From positions 3,392 to 67,391 of the forward strand of contig URQZ01000006.1 in assembly GCA_900550255.1 (NCBI GenBank): a stretch of DNA of 64,000 bases. The letters are read 5' to 3'. Under the pieces are notes generated by a model. It had not been told where the DNA came from and made no database searches. It was given only the letters and a program-made list of their open reading frames with translations. Of the stretch, positions 61,357 through 64,000 are shown piece by piece (positions within the stretch are counted from its first letter, which is position 1; each line of letters starts with the position of its first letter). The position numbers and the translations under genes were made by a program. This DNA comes from an uncultured Mycoplasmatota bacterium. GTDB taxonomy: Bacteria > Bacillota_I > Bacilli_A > RF39 > UBA660.

Positions 61357-61776
61357 ATGAAAGAAACATATTGGTTAATTTTAATTCTTATATTAGGTGT
61401 TATATGCATTGCATTTATTAACTTCTTTCAAACTTATACAAATACTGATGAACAAAACTATATGCTTTTAAAAGAAGTTACAGAAGCTGCTATGTATGAT
61501 GCAGTTGATGTAAGAGCATATAAAGCTTATGGAACTGTATCTATAAGTAGAGAAAAATTTGTAGAAAGCTTCGTTAGAAGATTTTCTGAAAGTGTAACTT
61601 TAGGTAATACATATGTTATTGATATATATGATGTTAATGAAACACCGCCTAAAGTTAGTTTAAAAGTCTCAACAAAATTAAGATCTAATGTAACTGCTGT
61701 TAGTTTTAGTAAGAGTCAAGTTATAGATTTTGATATTGAGAATAAATTAGATGCGATATTAGAAACAACTTATTAA
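61357..61776 (+). CDS. Small protein with an N-terminal TM helix (TadE/pseudopilin-like candidate)
   Basis: 'MKETYWLILILILGVICIAFINFF' then a ~110-aa soluble domain. Positioned before cpaB. Confidence 0.4.
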   Translation: MKETYWLILILILGVICIAFINFFQTYTNTDEQNYMLLKEVTEAAMYDAVDVRAYKAYGTVSISREKFVESFVRRFSESVTLGNTYVIDIYDVNETPPKVSLKVSTKLRSNVTAVSFSKSQVIDFDIENKLDAILETTY

Positions 61777-61796
61777 TTAGAAAGGAAGAGAAAATA

Positions 61797-62675
61797 ATGA
61801 ATAATTTTATGATTTCGCTAAAAAGATTTTTTAAAAACAAAAATACAGTTACAATTTTAGGAGTTTTAGCTGTAATATTAATTTTATTTTTTGGGTATCG
61901 TTACCAAATAAATAAAATGGTAAGTCCTGTTAAGGATATTCCTATTTCTACTAAGACAATTCAACCAAGAACAGAAATAACAAAAGATATGATTGAATAT
62001 GTAGATATTGCACCAGTAGTATTACAAAAAGGTGATATAATTCAATCATCGAGTGCAATTATAGGAAAATACAGTAACTATAATACTGTAATTCCAAAAG
62101 GAAGTTTCTTTTACAAAGATACAGTAATTGATGAAGCAAAACTTCCAGATTCAGCTTTTGTAAATTTGAAAAAAGGAGAAATTCCTTATAACTTCCCAGT
62201 AGATATGGACTCTACATATGGAAATTCAATATTCCCAGAAAATTATATTGATATTTACATGAAAGCTAATAATGAAGAAGGAAAATTAATGGTTGGAAAA
62301 TTAATTGAAAACGTTAAAGTTTTAGCTGTTAAAGATTCTTCAGGTAAACATGTTTTCGAAAATACAGAAGAAGATAGACAACCAGCATATTTAATATTTG
62401 GTGTTAAGTCTGAAATTAATATTTTACTTAGAAAAGCAAGCTATATGGGAAATTACTCAGTAGTATTATTCCCAGTACCACATGGAGTAGAAGTAAAGGC
62501 AAAAGAAGGAGAAACAATGGTTACATCTCAAACATTAAAAGACTTTATAAATGCTAATACTGTTCCAAATGATGAAATCGAAGATGCAACAAAAGACGAA
62601 ACAAAAAAAACAACAGATAAAACAACAACAGATAAAACAACTAAAACAACAAAAACTACTAAGAAATCGAGTTAA
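61797..62675 (+). CDS. cpaB: Flp pilus assembly protein CpaB/RcpC-like (N-terminal TM, SAF-like domain, Thr/Lys-rich tail)
   Basis: 'TEITKDMIEYVDIAPVVLQKGDIIQSSSAIIGK' is SAF-like, and 'ENVKVLAVKD' parallels the CpaB 'LQNVRVLAV' motif. C-terminal 'KTTDKTTTDKTTKTTKTTKK'. Confidence 0.55.
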   Translation: MNNFMISLKRFFKNKNTVTILGVLAVILILFFGYRYQINKMVSPVKDIPISTKTIQPRTEITKDMIEYVDIAPVVLQKGDIIQSSSAIIGKYSNYNTVIPKGSFFYKDTVIDEAKLPDSAFVNLKKGEIPYNFPVDMDSTYGNSIFPENYIDIYMKANNEEGKLMVGKLIENVKVLAVKDSSGKHVFENTEEDRQPAYLIFGVKSEINILLRKASYMGNYSVVLFPVPHGVEVKAKEGETMVTSQTLKDFINANTVPNDEIEDATKDETKKTTDKTTTDKTTKTTKTTKKSS

Positions 62676-62680
62676 TTATA

Positions 62681-64000
62681 GTGAATGATAATTTATTTTC
62701 ACAAATCGATTTTGGAGCACTAAAAGAATATCTTGAAAACGATGACGTTACAGATATTTCTTATAGTAATAATGGACAACTCTGGATAAAAACTTTATCA
62801 AAAGGATTATTCAGAGTTGAAAATCCAAATATTAATAATGCATTTATTGAAAAGTTAGCTTTTCAATGCTCTAATGTTATGGGTAAGAGTTTTAATATGG
62901 CACATCCTTTTCTAGATGCAGAAGGAGCTGAACTACGTCTTAACTTCGTTCATGATTCTATAGCTAAAAATGGAATTGCAGTGGTTATTCGTAAGACACC
63001 AGCTAAAATTCGTCTTGAAAAAGATAAATTATTAAGAGAAAAATATATTGATTTAGATATACATGATTTTTTAATAAAATGTGTTCATGGTCATTGTAAT
63101 ATAATTGTCTCAGGAGAAACTGGGTCAGGTAAAACAGAATTTGTTAAATACTTGGCTGCACATACAAAAGAAGATGAAAAAATAATTACGATTGAAGATA
63201 CATTAGAACTTCATCTTGATAGAATTTTCCCACATAGAGATATTGTTGCAATGAAAACAAATAATATAGCTTCATATTCCGATGTTTTAGTTACTTGTAT
63301 GAGACAGAATCCTAAATGGATTTTACTATCGGAGGTACGTAGTGCTGAAGCTGTAATGGCTGTTAGAAACTCAATTTCTTCTGGTCATTATATTTTATCA
63401 ACAATTCATGCTGATAAAGCTTCATCAATACCTAACCGTATGTATAGTTTGCTTGAAACTAATCAAGACATAAATCAATTCTTGAAATCAATTTATAGAT
63501 ATATTCAATTAGGTGTATACATTCGTGGATTTCAAGATAAAGCAACTAAACACTTTGTACGTGAAATAGCAGAAGTAACAGAGTTTTATGTAACAGAAGA
63601 TAATGAAGCAAAATATAATACGATTTATCGTAAATCAACTTCTGGAAAAGTAACAAGAAAACACCCAACAAAATATCTTATTGATTATCTAGATGCGCAA
63701 GGTGTTACTTTAAATCAAAATGAAATACAAGATTCTGAAACAGTTGTTAGTAGGGATTTTAGTGTATTTGCTGAGGAAGATAAAGAAAAAATTCAACAAC
63801 AAATGGTAAATCAAAATCCTACTACAAATCAAGCTAGACCAGGTATTATAAATAATAATCAAATGCCTAATGTAAATCAGGCTAAATCAAACAATCAAAG
63901 AGTTGCTAGTCAAAATGTTAGAGTTGTTCCAACTAATCAAGTTAGACAAGCTCAACCAAGGATAACACCAACCAGTGTTATTAAAGCACAACCTAGTGTT
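62681..64000 (+). CDS. CpaF/TadA-family secretion ATPase (type II/IV secretion NTPase), 3'-truncated by the window edge, with a Q/N/P-rich C-terminal extension
   Basis: Walker A 'VSGETGSGKTE', Asp box 'KIITIEDTLEL', His box 'SGHYILSTIHAD' and 'ILLSEVRSAEA'. GTG start. The tail '...NQARPGIINNNQMPNVNQAKSNNQRVASQNVRVVPTNQ' runs to the window end. Confidence 0.65.
   Translation, partial: MNDNLFSQIDFGALKEYLENDDVTDISYSNNGQLWIKTLSKGLFRVENPNINNAFIEKLAFQCSNVMGKSFNMAHPFLDAEGAELRLNFVHDSIAKNGIAVVIRKTPAKIRLEKDKLLREKYIDLDIHDFLIKCVHGHCNIIVSGETGSGKTEFVKYLAAHTKEDEKIITIEDTLELHLDRIFPHRDIVAMKTNNIASYSDVLVTCMRQNPKWILLSEVRSAEAVMAVRNSISSGHYILSTIHADKASSIPNRMYSLLETNQDINQFLKSIYRYIQLGVYIRGFQDKATKHFVREIAEVTEFYVTEDNEAKYNTIYRKSTSGKVTRKHPTKYLIDYLDAQGVTLNQNEIQDSETVVSRDFSVFAEEDKEKIQQQMVNQNPTTNQARPGIINNNQMPNVNQAKSNNQRVASQNVRVVPTNQVRQAQPRITPTSVIKAQPSV

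Overview
This window is an AT-rich (roughly 25-28% GC) chromosomal segment using the standard genetic code, from a low-GC endospore-forming Firmicute: it carries dacB-spmA-spmB and a gerKA-KC-KB-type germinant receptor operon. The first ~28 kb is a dense, co-directional cell-envelope glycopolymer locus. It contains an ABC-transporter (TagG/TagH-like) module with GT2 and GT32 glycosyltransferases and a TagF-family CDP-glycerol glycerophosphotransferase; a GH25 lysozyme with cell-wall-binding repeats; a GT-C-like/GtrB-like fusion with a small DUF2304-like membrane protein; a Wzx-type flippase; a GT11 alpha-1,2-fucosyltransferase; several GT2 and GT8 enzymes; rmlACDB, in which rmlA carries an N-terminal XRE HTH; an acyltransferase-3; galE; a GT4; and an Alg14/Alg13-like pair. 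The locus ends at a Fic toxin plus small antitoxin module. Housekeeping genes follow: pcrA, ligA, pflB/pflA, uppP, dacB-spmAB, rluB, a ferredoxin, gerK and rlmD. They are interspersed with accessory pieces: a reversed-order PemK/MazF-like plus XRE pair behind a promoter with a palindromic operator, an Rpn-family PD-(D/E)XK transposase-like gene, and a 2.1-kb three-gene insertion (two paralogous P-loop kinases plus a HAD phosphatase) at the 3' end of rlmD, flanked by 17-bp direct repeats and a displaced rlmD 3' remnant. A cytoplasmic beta-lactamase-like/HAD/HD hydrolase cluster follows, then a candidate structured RNA upstream of pncC. The last ~8 kb begins a Tad/Flp-type pilus-like locus: large Cys-rich secreted proteins, a TadE-like protein, CpaB, and a CpaF/TadA ATPase truncated by the window edge. 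No rRNA, tRNA or CRISPR array was seen. All identifications come from reading motifs in the supplied translations and sequence; no searches were run.
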